From positions 1 to 49,425 of the forward strand of contig JBHHWH010000004.1 in assembly GCA_046756405.1 (NCBI GenBank): DNA of 49,425 nt, read 5' to 3'. This stretch comes from Acidimicrobiia bacterium. Its GTDB lineage: Bacteria > Actinomycetota > Acidimicrobiia > Spongiisociales > ZC4RG35. A model generated the notes under the pieces. The model ran no database searches, was not told the origin of the DNA, and saw nothing but the letters and a program-made list of their open reading frames with translations. Each line of letters opens with the position of its first letter. The stretch's first letter is position 1. The position numbers and the translations under genes were made by a program. Of this stretch, positions 1 through 9,406 are shown one piece after another.

Positions 1-2
1 AA

Positions 3-968
3 CATAACACGGGTCCTCACCACCCGGAACGACCTGAGCGAATCGAGGCAGTCCGACGGGGTGTGTACGCCAGTGGGTTGGGAATCGTTGAGATCGAAGC
101 TCCGCGTATATCCAAGGAGCATCTCGCCGTGGTGCACAGTGACTCCCACATAAGAAGCATCGAGGAACTCTGCCTGCGGGGCGGCGGGATGATCGACACC
201 GACACGATCGTGGTTGAGGCGAGCTGGGAGGCAGCCCTCAGGTCGGCAGGGGCAGTGCAGGCCGTGGTCGACGAATTGGATCGGCGGTCAGGGGCAACTG
301 GGTTTGCCCTGTGCCGGCCGCCGGGACATCATGCCCTTCCCTCGCGTGCAATGGGCTTCTGCCTGTTCAACAACGTGGCTGTAACGGCGGCGTTGTTGAG
401 GTCCCGGGGAGAAAGAGTGGCCATCCTCGACTTCGACGTACACCACGGCAACGGTACCCAAGCGATGCTGGGAAGGGATCCAGGTGTCCTTTACATCTCG
501 CTTCACCAGGCGGCCTTTTATCCCCTCACCGGCGAAATAACGGACATCGACAGGGAAGCCGTGGGAACAACCCTGAACATCCCCCTGCCGGCGGGGACGG
601 GGGGCGACATCTACCGGCGGGCCTGGGATGAGATCGTGATGCCAGTGGTCGTTGGCTTCGACCCTGACCGGATCCTGGTCAGCGCCGGCTTTGACGGCCA
701 CGTACGGGACCTCCTCGCCGATCTCAGGCTGGTGGCAGCCGACTACGGCTGGATCGCCCACAGCCTCTCCCGAATCCACCCCCCGGAGAGGACCGTCCTC
801 GCCTTGGAGGGCGGGTACGACCTCTTCGCCCTCGAAGAGTCGGTAGCCGCCACCCTGGCCGGTCTGGCAGGGGTGCCACCAGAAGGGCCTCCTTTGACGT
901 CTCCGCCGGGAGCGGAGTCAGTCTTGAAAGAAGCCGTAGAGGCGGTCACGCGTTACTGGAGCCTGTAG
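3..968 (+). CDS. Histone deacetylase family (AcuC/HDAC-like) Zn-dependent deacetylase, 5'-partial
   Basis: Frame open from the window edge (HNTGPHHPERPERIEAV). Motifs RPPGHHA, GFCLFNN, DFDVHHGNGTQ, SAGFD, LEGGY. Confidence 0.93.
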   Translation, partial: HNTGPHHPERPERIEAVRRGVYASGLGIVEIEAPRISKEHLAVVHSDSHIRSIEELCLRGGGMIDTDTIVVEASWEAALRSAGAVQAVVDELDRRSGATGFALCRPPGHHALPSRAMGFCLFNNVAVTAALLRSRGERVAILDFDVHHGNGTQAMLGRDPGVLYISLHQAAFYPLTGEITDIDREAVGTTLNIPLPAGTGGDIYRRAWDEIVMPVVVGFDPDRILVSAGFDGHVRDLLADLRLVAADYGWIAHSLSRIHPPERTVLALEGGYDLFALEESVAATLAGLAGVPPEGPPLTSPPGAESVLKEAVEAVTRYWSL

Positions 969-982
969 CCCGTTGACAACCC

Positions 983-1010
983 CTCAACTCTTCCCCTCTA
1001 GCGCCGATAA
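983..1010 (+). promoter_or_regulatory. Sigma28 (FliA/WhiG-family)-like promoter
   Basis: CTCAA-N15-GCCGATAA (TCAA 984-987, GCCGATAA 1003-1010), upstream of the GGAGGAG RBS and TTG start of the pilT-like gene. Confidence 0.65.
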
Positions 1011-1037
1011 CCAGAAAGCGCGACTCTGGAGGAGATT

Positions 1038-2114
1038 TTGCTGGACATTGATGACCTCTTGATCCGCGCCGTGGATCTGGGTGCTTCGGATGTGCACCTG
1101 AAGGTCGGGTCGGCGCCGATCGTTCGGGTCGAGGGGGATCTGAGGCGTCTCGACGGCTTCGAACCTCTCCGACCCGCCGATACCCAGGCCTATGCGGAAA
1201 GTATCTTCACCCCCAAAGCGGCAAGGGACTTCAAAGAGTTGGGCGCGGCCGACTTCGCCTACGGACGTCACGACGTGGGCCGGTTCCGAGTCACCGCCTT
1301 CCGCCAGCGTGGGTCGGTCTCGATGGTCATGCGTCGAGTGGTGCCCGGAGCGCAGACCTTCACCGAGCTAGGTCTCCCCAAGATCGTGGAAAGGATCGCC
1401 GACCTGGACTCGGGTCTGGTCTTGGTAAGTGGACCCTCCGGGTCGGGAAAGACGACGACGATGGCTTCGATAGTCGACTGGATCAACTCCAATCGGGCGG
1501 CGGCCATCCTGACCGTGGAAGACCCTATCGAGGTGCTACACCCCGACAAGAAATCGGTGGTGGTCCAGCGGGAGGTGGGTGTCGACACCGGGAATATGGT
1601 CGAAGCCATCCGGGGAGCGATGCGTCACGACGTGGACGTGCTGATGATCTCCGAACTGACCGACTATGAGACCGCCCAGGCGGCCATCGCGGCCGCGGAA
1701 ACAGGTCACTTGGTGATCTCTTCGATGCGGACCACCGATCCGGCGGAGACGATCAGCAGGATGATTTCTGTGTTCCCCGAGTCGCAGAGGCCGGTAGTCA
1801 AGAGGCAGCTCGCCGCCCAGCTTGAGGCGGTGATCAGCCAGATCCTCATCGAGACATCCGAGCGAGCCCGGGTCGTGGCCTGCGAAGTGCTCACGAAGAA
1901 CGACCGGGTCAAGGAGTGGATCCTCAACGATGGTGAACCTTCGTTCCTCGTCGACGTGATGAAGGAGAGCGGCTTCTACGGCATGCAGACCTTCGATCAA
2001 GCCCTCCTCGAACACGTCGTTGGTCGGGTCGTAGAGGTGGACGCGGTCCTTCCTTACGCCCGCAACACCCACGAACTTCGTGCCAAGGCGATGGCCGCTG
2101 GAGTGTCGATCTGA
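1038..2114 (+). CDS. pilT: PilT/PilU family type IV pilus retraction ATPase (divergent motifs)
   Basis: GASDVHL, GRFRV, Walker A GPSGSGKTTT, TVEDPIE, QREVG, AETGHLV, GMQTFDQ. RBS GGAGGAG. Confidence 0.85.
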   Translation: MLDIDDLLIRAVDLGASDVHLKVGSAPIVRVEGDLRRLDGFEPLRPADTQAYAESIFTPKAARDFKELGAADFAYGRHDVGRFRVTAFRQRGSVSMVMRRVVPGAQTFTELGLPKIVERIADLDSGLVLVSGPSGSGKTTTMASIVDWINSNRAAAILTVEDPIEVLHPDKKSVVVQREVGVDTGNMVEAIRGAMRHDVDVLMISELTDYETAQAAIAAAETGHLVISSMRTTDPAETISRMISVFPESQRPVVKRQLAAQLEAVISQILIETSERARVVACEVLTKNDRVKEWILNDGEPSFLVDVMKESGFYGMQTFDQALLEHVVGRVVEVDAVLPYARNTHELRAKAMAAGVSI

Positions 2115-2205
2115 CAGTTCGCCTTTCCTCCTCGTTGTGTGGTATCTGAGAGGGTCGGCAACCCGAACCGGCCCTCTCTGTATGTCCGCCGATAATCTGC
2201 CCCAC

Positions 2206-3621
2206 GTGATCCCCAAGCGGCTCGAGTTCCTCACTTCACCCGCGCTGCCCCCTGCCCAACTCGCTCGCATCTTCAGCGAAGCGGGCGAAGAGCTGTATCT
2301 GGTCGGAGGTTCGGTGCGGGATGCGTTCCTGAAACGGGAGGTCACCGACTACGACTTCGCCACCAGCGCCCGACCCGAAGAAATCATCGAGCTGCTGAAG
2401 GGATGGGCAGACGCCATCTTTGAGGTGGGCGTCACCTTTGGAACGGTGGGGGCGATCAAGGACGGTCACAGGATCGAGATCACCACCTTCCGCCGGGAGG
2501 TCTACCGGGATGACTCCCGCAAGCCCAAGGTCACCTACTCCGACAACATCGAAACCGATCTGAGCCGGCGCGACTTCACGGTCAATGCCATCGCTCTGAG
2601 GCTGGACACTCTGGAGCCAGTCGACCCCTTCGAGGGGCTGGCCGACCTGGCAGCGAGACGCTTGCGCACGCCCCTGGAGCCGGAGATCTCCTTCTCGGAC
2701 GACCCTTTGAGGATGCTGCGGTTGTTCCGCTTTCAGGCGACCCTGGAGTTCATTCCCGATGAGGAGGCGGTGGAGGCGGTGGGGCGGATGGCCGAACGCC
2801 TCAAGATCGTCTCCGCGGAGCGAATCCGCGACGAGCTGTCCAAACTCCTGACGGCTCCCAAGCCCGGACGGGCGTTACGGATGATCGTCGAGACCGGCCT
2901 GAGCGACCAGTTCCTTCCCGAGCTGTCCCGCCTGGCTATGGAACAGGATCCCAAACAGCGGCATAAGGACGTGCTAGCTCACACCTTTGCCGTAGTCGAC
3001 AAGACCTCCCCCGATCTTGTGCTTCGGCTTGCTGCCCTGCTCCACGACATCGGCAAGCCCGACACTCGCCAGTTCGGACCCAACGGGGTGAGCTTCCACC
3101 ACCATGAGGTGGTAGGAGCGAGGATGGCCCGAAAGCGTCTCCAGGCGCTGCGGTACCCGCGTGAGGTGGTCGAGGACGTGAGCAAGCTGGTCTTCCTCCA
3201 CCTAAGGCCCCACACCCTCAAACTCGGCTGGACCGATTCGGCGGTTCGTCGATATGTACGCGACGCCGGACACCTGTTGGACAAGCTCAACGAACTGGTG
3301 CGCTGTGATGTGACCACTGCCAACAAGAAGCGGGAGCTGGCCATCCAGCGGCGTATCGACGAGCTGGAGGAGCGCATAGCCATCTTGTCCGAGAAAGAGG
3401 AGCTGGCTCGGCTCCGTCCCCCCATCAACGGTCATCAGGTGATGAGCTATCTGGGTATCGAGCCCGGGCCGATGGTGGGCGAGATCATGGACATGCTGCT
3501 GGAGCACCGGATCGAACACGGCCCCTACACCCCAGCCGAGGCCTACGAGACTGTTCGGAAGTGGGCGCTGGACAAGGGCATGGCGGACCCCGGTCCTCCT
3601 CCCGAGCCTGAAGAGGAGTGA
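2206..3621 (+). CDS. cca: CCA tRNA nucleotidyltransferase with HD domain
   Basis: LYLVGGSVRD, DYDF, RRDFTVNA, DDPLRMLR, SAERIRDE, LLHDIGKP. Start GTG 2206 chosen from the TAATCT -10; ATG 2182 is an alternative. Confidence 0.92.
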   Translation: MIPKRLEFLTSPALPPAQLARIFSEAGEELYLVGGSVRDAFLKREVTDYDFATSARPEEIIELLKGWADAIFEVGVTFGTVGAIKDGHRIEITTFRREVYRDDSRKPKVTYSDNIETDLSRRDFTVNAIALRLDTLEPVDPFEGLADLAARRLRTPLEPEISFSDDPLRMLRLFRFQATLEFIPDEEAVEAVGRMAERLKIVSAERIRDELSKLLTAPKPGRALRMIVETGLSDQFLPELSRLAMEQDPKQRHKDVLAHTFAVVDKTSPDLVLRLAALLHDIGKPDTRQFGPNGVSFHHHEVVGARMARKRLQALRYPREVVEDVSKLVFLHLRPHTLKLGWTDSAVRRYVRDAGHLLDKLNELVRCDVTTANKKRELAIQRRIDELEERIAILSEKEELARLRPPINGHQVMSYLGIEPGPMVGEIMDMLLEHRIEHGPYTPAEAYETVRKWALDKGMADPGPPPEPEEE

Positions 3622-3640
3622 GGGGCATAATGGTGCGCCC

Positions 3641-4519
3641 ATGATCTTCTCCCGCTTCGACCCCACCAAGAAGAAGTACGCCCAGGTCCTCGGGGTGCCG
3701 ATGGCCTATGTGGAACACGGCAAGGGCGACCCGATCGTGTTGATCCACGGAAACCCCACTTCTTCGTATCTGTGGAGAAAGGTGATACCTGCCCTCTCCC
3801 AAGTGGGGCGGTGCATCGCCCCCGACCTCATCGGCATGGGCGATTCGGCCAAGATCGAGACCGGTCCCGACGCCTACCGTTTCTGCACTCACGCCGACTA
3901 CCTGGAGGCCTTCCTTCGGGTGATCGGAGTCGAGGAGAACGTGGTGCTGGTAGGCCACGACTGGGGCGGTGCCCTCGCCTTCGACTGGGGACGGCGTCAC
4001 TCCCGGGCGGTGAAGGCCCTGGCCTACATGGAGACCCTGGTCACCCCCCTCACCTGGGACGACTGGCCCGAGGCCGCCAGGGGGATCTTCCAGGCTATGC
4101 GCTCGGAGGCCGGCGAGGAGCTGTGCCTGGTGAAGAACATCTTCGTGGAGAGGATCCTGCCTGCATCGGTATTGAACCCCCTGCCGGAAGAGGTGATGGA
4201 GGAGTATCGCAGGCCGTATCTGGAGCCGGGAGAGTCCCGACGCCCCACCCTCACCTGGCCCCGAGAGATCCCCTTCGATGGCGAGCCCGCCGACACCGCC
4301 GAGGTGCTCCGGGCGAACGAGGAGTGGCTGAGGGGCTCGGAGGTGCCCAAGCTGTTCATCAACGCCGAGCCCGGCTCAATCCTCACCGGTCGGCAGCGGG
4401 AGGTGTGCCGTAGCTTTCGCAACCAGGTCGAAGGCACCGTGCCGGGGATCCACTTCATCCAGGAGGACTCCGGAGAAGAGATCGGCGATGCCGTCGCCAC
4501 CTGGCTGGAGCACCTTTGA
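3641..4519 (+). CDS. Haloalkane dehalogenase (HLD-II, LinB/DhaA-like)
   Basis: HGNPTSSYLWR, PDLIGMG, GHDWG nucleophile, YME acid, RRPTLTWPREIP, HFIQED base. Confidence 0.92.
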   Translation: MIFSRFDPTKKKYAQVLGVPMAYVEHGKGDPIVLIHGNPTSSYLWRKVIPALSQVGRCIAPDLIGMGDSAKIETGPDAYRFCTHADYLEAFLRVIGVEENVVLVGHDWGGALAFDWGRRHSRAVKALAYMETLVTPLTWDDWPEAARGIFQAMRSEAGEELCLVKNIFVERILPASVLNPLPEEVMEEYRRPYLEPGESRRPTLTWPREIPFDGEPADTAEVLRANEEWLRGSEVPKLFINAEPGSILTGRQREVCRSFRNQVEGTVPGIHFIQEDSGEEIGDAVATWLEHL

Positions 4520-4546
4520 GTGTGGGATAGGCTCTTTCGAGCGGCA

Positions 4547-5461
4547 GTGAAGGTATTGAGGGGTCTGGGGCTGGGGGCGATGCTCCTGGCGGCTTGCACG
4601 ACGGTGAGCACGCCGACTCCGTCACAGACCACAGAATCTCCGCTGGCCCCTTCCTCTACAACGGCTATCGCTTCCACCTTTCCTACTTCTACGGCTGCCT
4701 CTTCGACGACGCTGCCACCTGAGCCGTCTGCTCCCCCACGGCTGGAGGTTTGGATCGTCCCCGGCCACGGCACTCCCGCCGACCTCGGCCCCTTCGTCGC
4801 TGTCCTCGCCGACGGGACCATCTACGTGCGCGACTTCCGAGCGGAGACCTCGGGTTCTGATCCGGTCTGGACCGGTCGCCTATCAGACCCTTCGCAAGTC
4901 GAGAGCCTGGTTGCCGATCTACCCCGGGGTGGTGATTCCACCTTCGGGCTCATCGGCATGGACGGTGCGACGTTGTTCGTGGTGCTAGACGGTGAGCCGA
5001 TAACCGCGCTGTGGGGACCGTGGCACGAAGCCCAAGACCCGCAGGCGCAAGCAGCCCGTGAGCTGGCTATCGAGATCGTTTACGACCAGCTCGCCAGCCG
5101 CGAATGGTGGGACCAGTCGGGTCTGACCGACGGGCCGCTCCGGCTGGCGAGATTGGATGGATTGGTGGGTCAGGTCAGCGAATTCCTCGACCAGCTACCG
5201 CCGGAAGCGCTGAGAACGGCGGTTAGGGTTCCCTGGCCCGACTCGCCTCCAGGCTTCGAAGATCCCAGAGTCTTCGAGTGTTTCTTCGTCGGAGGACCGG
5301 CAGCTGCGGAGGTGGCGGAGGTGCTTGCCGGCACCGAGGAGCAGGTGGTGTGGACCTCATCTGACCTCGAGTTCTTCACCGTGCGGGAGCGCTGGCTGTT
5401 TCCCTATGAGACTCCCTGTGAGTCTGACGCTCCTCTGATCACGGCTCGACAAGACGACTGA
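4547..5461 (+). CDS. Hypothetical lipoprotein with Ser/Thr/Pro-rich linker
   Basis: MKVLRGLGLGAMLLAAC lipobox, then a T/S/P-rich tract and a globular region. Start uncertain (4520 or 4547). Confidence 0.65.
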   Translation: MKVLRGLGLGAMLLAACTTVSTPTPSQTTESPLAPSSTTAIASTFPTSTAASSTTLPPEPSAPPRLEVWIVPGHGTPADLGPFVAVLADGTIYVRDFRAETSGSDPVWTGRLSDPSQVESLVADLPRGGDSTFGLIGMDGATLFVVLDGEPITALWGPWHEAQDPQAQAARELAIEIVYDQLASREWWDQSGLTDGPLRLARLDGLVGQVSEFLDQLPPEALRTAVRVPWPDSPPGFEDPRVFECFFVGGPAAAEVAEVLAGTEEQVVWTSSDLEFFTVRERWLFPYETPCESDAPLITARQDD

Positions 5462-5504
5462 CAGCACAAACTAGGCGAAGGGGACATAGCTCTAGCCTGT
5501 CGGC

Positions 5505-6437
5505 GTGATCTTCGTGGCTGTGCCGGCGCTGCTGCTTTCCCTGGCCTCCGTCGCCGCCTTCTTCGGCCGCTGGATGTGGTGGCTAGACGTCCTGGCCAAC
5601 TTTCGCTCTCAGTACCTGGTGGGACTGATTGTTCTTGGCGTCGTCCTGGCGGCGTCCCGGCGCTGGAGGCGGTGGGGCTACGTCTCACTGCTGGTGGCGG
5701 CGATGAACCTGGTGTTGGTCCTACCCCTTTATCTGGGCTCGCCGGTGGTAGACCCTGCCCTCCCCGACCTTCGAGTGCTGAACTTCAACCTGCTGTCCAG
5801 CAACGAGTCGTTTGGTGATGTGATCGAATACATCGAGACCGTCGACGCTGACCTGGTGGTTCTTCATGAGGCGAGCCGTCCCTGGGAGGTGGCAATCGAC
5901 GCCGCCGATCTGGGTTATCAGGTGATTCGCGCCCGTTCGGAGGAGCTCATCTTCGGCACCCTGATCCTGGTGCGGGGAGCGAATCTCAGCGCCGTCTCCT
6001 ACGGGTTTGCCTCGGAGTCGCCACGTGCGGTGGAACTGGTCTTCGTCCCCAATGGCTGGGAGGCCCCGGTGCGGGCGCTGATAACCCATCCCCTCGCTCC
6101 CACCGATCGGGAGCGGGCGGCGCTGCGTGACGCCCAACTCTCCTTCGCCGCCAACTGGGCTGCGGACCAAGAGGCTCCCTTCTTTGTCGTGGGTGATCTC
6201 AACGCTACGCCCTGGTCGTGGGCCTTCCGGAGGCTGAAGGGTTCAGGTGGCTTGAGAAACTCCCAAGAGGGTTTTGGTCTCCAGGCCAGTTTCCCAGCGA
6301 CCGCCAGCCGTCTCCTGAGGGTGCCCATCGATCATCTTCTCTACAGCGACGGTCTCGGAGTTCGGGAGCGACTCCTAGGGCCTGCTCTGGGGTCGGATCA
6401 CTTTCCGCTCATCGTGGACCTGGTGCGTCTTCGGTGA
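5505..6437 (+). CDS. Membrane-anchored endonuclease/exonuclease/phosphatase (EEP, YafD-like) protein
   Basis: Three N-terminal hydrophobic segments. Motifs LNFNL, DLVVLHE, GDLNATPWS, IDHLL, GSDHFP. Confidence 0.85.
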   Translation: MIFVAVPALLLSLASVAAFFGRWMWWLDVLANFRSQYLVGLIVLGVVLAASRRWRRWGYVSLLVAAMNLVLVLPLYLGSPVVDPALPDLRVLNFNLLSSNESFGDVIEYIETVDADLVVLHEASRPWEVAIDAADLGYQVIRARSEELIFGTLILVRGANLSAVSYGFASESPRAVELVFVPNGWEAPVRALITHPLAPTDRERAALRDAQLSFAANWAADQEAPFFVVGDLNATPWSWAFRRLKGSGGLRNSQEGFGLQASFPATASRLLRVPIDHLLYSDGLGVRERLLGPALGSDHFPLIVDLVRLR

Positions 6438-6459
6438 GCGCCGGGTTAAGTTGACGCCC

Positions 6460-7911
6460 ATGGCAGACCGCTTCGCCGAGCACCGCCGCCGCCTCGCCGA
6501 GATCATCGGTCCCGAGGGTGTCGCCATTGTTCCCGCCGCCACCGAGGTGGTCCGAAACCACGACGTCCATCACTTCTTCCGTCAGGACACCGCCTTCTGG
6601 TATCTCACCGGTTTCCCTGAGCCGGACGCGGTGGCGGTGATCGCACCGGGCCACGACAACGGAGACTTCGTCCTGTTCGTCCGCCCCAAGGATGCCGCCC
6701 AGGAGGTGTGGACGGGTATCCGGGCCGGTGTAGAGGGGGCCAAGGAACGCTACGGCGCCGACATCGCCTACGAGCTGGGAGAGCTGGACACGGTTCTGGA
6801 GCGTTACCTTCCCGGGCGGGAGGTCCTCTGGTACGCCGCCGGAAGCGAACGTTTCGACGAGAGGGTCTTTGGCCTGGTGAGACGCTCCCGGGCACTGCGG
6901 GAGCGTCACGGTGTCACCGTGCCCTCCACGGTGCGGGACGTGGCGGTTCCCCTGGGGGAGATGATGCTCTACAAGAGCCCTGAGGAGGCCAACCTCCTCC
7001 GTCGGGCAGCAGAGCTGAGCGCTCGAGGTCATGCCGAAGCGATGCGATTCAGCAGGCCAGGGCTCGGCGAGTACGCGGTGCAGGCCGCCCTGGAGTACTA
7101 CTGGAAGTTGGAGGGCTCACCCCGCACCGGCTACCCCAGCATTGTCGCCTCCGGCCCCAACGCCTGCATTCTCCACTACGAAGAGAATTCCCGGATCACC
7201 GAGGAGGGTGATTTGATCCTCATCGACGCCGGATGCGAGTGGGAGGGCTACTCGGCCGACATCACCCGCACTTTTCCCGTCTCTGGGTCCTTCACCGGTC
7301 CACAGCGGGCGGTCTACGAGGTGGTCCTGGCCGCCCAGAGGAAGGGCACGGAGATGTCCGTTCCCGGATCCAACCTGCGTGAGATCCATGACGAGGTCGT
7401 CCGCGTCCTCACCGAGGGCCTGGTCGACCTGGGGTTGCTGCCCGGGCCTGTGGAAGACCGGCTGGCCATGCATCACTACAGCCACTTCTACATGCACGGC
7501 ACCAGCCACTGGCTGGGTATGGACGTCCACGACCGGGGCGCCTATCGCATCGAGGGCAAGCCCCGCCCTTTGGAACCGGGGATGTGCTTCACGGTGGAAC
7601 CCGGGCTCTATGTCGCTGCGGACAAAAGCGAGATCGAACTCACCCTGCTCGCTTACGACGTAGACGAATGGAACGAGCGGCGCCTCCGTCTCGGCGCCAG
7701 GGCCGCAGCGGCCCTGGAACAGGAGGAGAAAGAAAAGGCGGAGAAACTCACCCACCGCGTGCCCGAGGAGCTCCTGGGCATCGGAGTGAGGATCGAAGAC
7801 GACATCCTCATCACCGACTACGGCCACGAGAACCTCTCTGCCTCCGTGCCGGTGGCGGTCGACGAGGTGGAGGCCCTCTGCGCTGAGGCGCCTACCCTTC
7901 CCCGAAGCTAA
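6460..7911 (+). CDS. pepP: Xaa-Pro aminopeptidase (aminopeptidase P)
   Basis: FRQDTAFWYLTGFPEP, LIDAG, ADITRT, HGTSHWLGMDVHD, TVEPGLY, GIGVRIEDD. Confidence 0.92.
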   Translation: MADRFAEHRRRLAEIIGPEGVAIVPAATEVVRNHDVHHFFRQDTAFWYLTGFPEPDAVAVIAPGHDNGDFVLFVRPKDAAQEVWTGIRAGVEGAKERYGADIAYELGELDTVLERYLPGREVLWYAAGSERFDERVFGLVRRSRALRERHGVTVPSTVRDVAVPLGEMMLYKSPEEANLLRRAAELSARGHAEAMRFSRPGLGEYAVQAALEYYWKLEGSPRTGYPSIVASGPNACILHYEENSRITEEGDLILIDAGCEWEGYSADITRTFPVSGSFTGPQRAVYEVVLAAQRKGTEMSVPGSNLREIHDEVVRVLTEGLVDLGLLPGPVEDRLAMHHYSHFYMHGTSHWLGMDVHDRGAYRIEGKPRPLEPGMCFTVEPGLYVAADKSEIELTLLAYDVDEWNERRLRLGARAAAALEQEEKEKAEKLTHRVPEELLGIGVRIEDDILITDYGHENLSASVPVAVDEVEALCAEAPTLPRS

Positions 7912-8570
7912 GAAACCGCGGGGAGGGCGTAGACGAACACCACCAGATAGTGGAGGAGGCTTCCCAGGATCACCATTACGTGGAACAGCTCGTGATAGGA
8001 GAAGATCCGGGGTGAGAGCCGGGGGCGCTTGGTGGTGAAGACCACCACCCCGGCGCTGTAACTGAGCCCGCCGAGGGTGATCAAGACCAGGGCCACCACG
8101 CCGAGGGTTTTAAGGATCTGGGGGATCCAGAACACCACCAGCCAGCCCATCACCATTTGAAGCGTGACCGAAAGCCAGGTGACCACCCCGGGGAGGACAA
8201 TCTTCAACAGTATTCCCGCGGAGGCGATGATCCAGACCAGGGCCAGAGCTACGGCCAGGGCAGTCCCGCGGAGGGAAGCGATCGCCACCGGGGTAAAGGT
8301 GCCCGCCACCACGAGGTAGATGGCCGAGTGGTCCAGCCTCTGGAGGCGCCGTTTCCAGGCCGGGCTCCAGGGGATGGAGTGGTAGAGGGTGGAGATGGTG
8401 TACATCACGATCAGGGCGACACCGAAGACGAGGGCGCCGGCCAGGGCCGTGGCGTTGCCCTGGGCCCGGCGGACCAGCAGGATCAGCCCGAGCAGGCTGG
8501 CCAGGGCGCCAGCCCCGTGAAGGAACCCGCGGATAGGGTTCTGCATCTTGCCGAAAGTGAGGCGCTCCAT
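7908..8570 (-). CDS. Hemolysin III / PAQR family membrane protein
   Basis: STLYH, RLDHSAIY, AGTFTP, HELFH. Seven hydrophobic segments. Confidence 0.92.
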   Translation of the reverse strand: MERLTFGKMQNPIRGFLHGAGALASLLGLILLVRRAQGNATALAGALVFGVALIVMYTISTLYHSIPWSPAWKRRLQRLDHSAIYLVVAGTFTPVAIASLRGTALAVALALVWIIASAGILLKIVLPGVVTWLSVTLQMVMGWLVVFWIPQILKTLGVVALVLITLGGLSYSAGVVVFTTKRPRLSPRIFSYHELFHVMVILGSLLHYLVVFVYALPAVS

Positions 8571-8638
8571 CGAACCCAAGTTATCGACCAGCAGGTGATA
8601 CCGACGATCGGGGCCACCGGGTACGATGACTGTTCGCA

Positions 8639-9406
8639 ATGGCTCTAGGTCTCCTGTACCGGGTCTATGAGCGCCGTCTCCTCGGTGACTTAGACCGTGA
8701 TCGACTCCCCAACCACATCGGTGTCGTCATGGACGGACACCGTCGCTACGCCCGAGCCGAAGGCCTCCCCTCTTATGCCGACGCCTACCGGGTGGGTATG
8801 CGCCGGTTCGAAGAGTTTCTCGGATGGACTGCCGAGCTGGAGATTCCCGCGGTCACCGCCTGGGTGCTCTCCAAAGAGAACCTCACCCGTCCCGCCGAGG
8901 AGCTGGAGCCCTACTTCGATGTCCTCATCGAACTCTTCGGCCGGGTCCCGGGGCTGTGCCGGCGATACGACATGGGGTTGGGGTTTATCGGGAGCCTCGA
9001 CCTGCTGCCGGAGCGCCTGGTGACCGCCGCCAAGACGGCCGAGGCCTCGCATCCCGAGGGGCGCTACCACCTGAACATCGCCATGGGCTACGGGGGACGG
9101 CAGGAGATCGTCGACGCGGTCAAGGACTTGGTGGCCGAACTGGCGGCGGCGGGGGTGGGGGCCAGCGAGATACCAGACCGGATAGATGCCGAGTCCCTCG
9201 CCGGCCACATGTACTCGGCGGACGTTCCCGACCCCGACCTGGTGATCCGCACCTCGGGAGAGTCAAGGCTCTCCGGTTTTCTTCTGTGGCAGTCTGCTTA
9301 CGCCGAGTTCGCCTTCGTGGATGTCAACTGGCCTGCTTTCCGGCGGGTCGACTTTCTTCGCGCCCTCCGCGACTTCGCGGGTCGGGAGCGGCGCTTCGGC
9401 CGCTAG
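8639..9406 (+). CDS. uppS: cis-Prenyltransferase, short-chain (Rv1086-like) isoprenyl transferase
   Basis: HIGVVMDGHRR, LSKENLTR, GYGGRQEI, PDLVIRTSGESRLSGFLLWQ. YRVG in place of GHxxG resembles the Rv1086 type. Divergent from a PAQR gene. Confidence 0.88.
   Translation: MALGLLYRVYERRLLGDLDRDRLPNHIGVVMDGHRRYARAEGLPSYADAYRVGMRRFEEFLGWTAELEIPAVTAWVLSKENLTRPAEELEPYFDVLIELFGRVPGLCRRYDMGLGFIGSLDLLPERLVTAAKTAEASHPEGRYHLNIAMGYGGRQEIVDAVKDLVAELAAAGVGASEIPDRIDAESLAGHMYSADVPDPDLVIRTSGESRLSGFLLWQSAYAEFAFVDVNWPAFRRVDFLRALRDFAGRERRFGR

Noticed and set aside
2188-2195. GCCGATAA upstream of cca as a sigma28 promoter
   Set aside because: No TAAA/TCAA at the -35 position. Better explained by the overlapping TAATCT -10.
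3641-4519. Haloalkane dehalogenase as sign of a xenobiotic degradation island
   Set aside because: It sits among housekeeping genes with no mobile element or downstream pathway genes, and such enzymes are common in actinobacteria.
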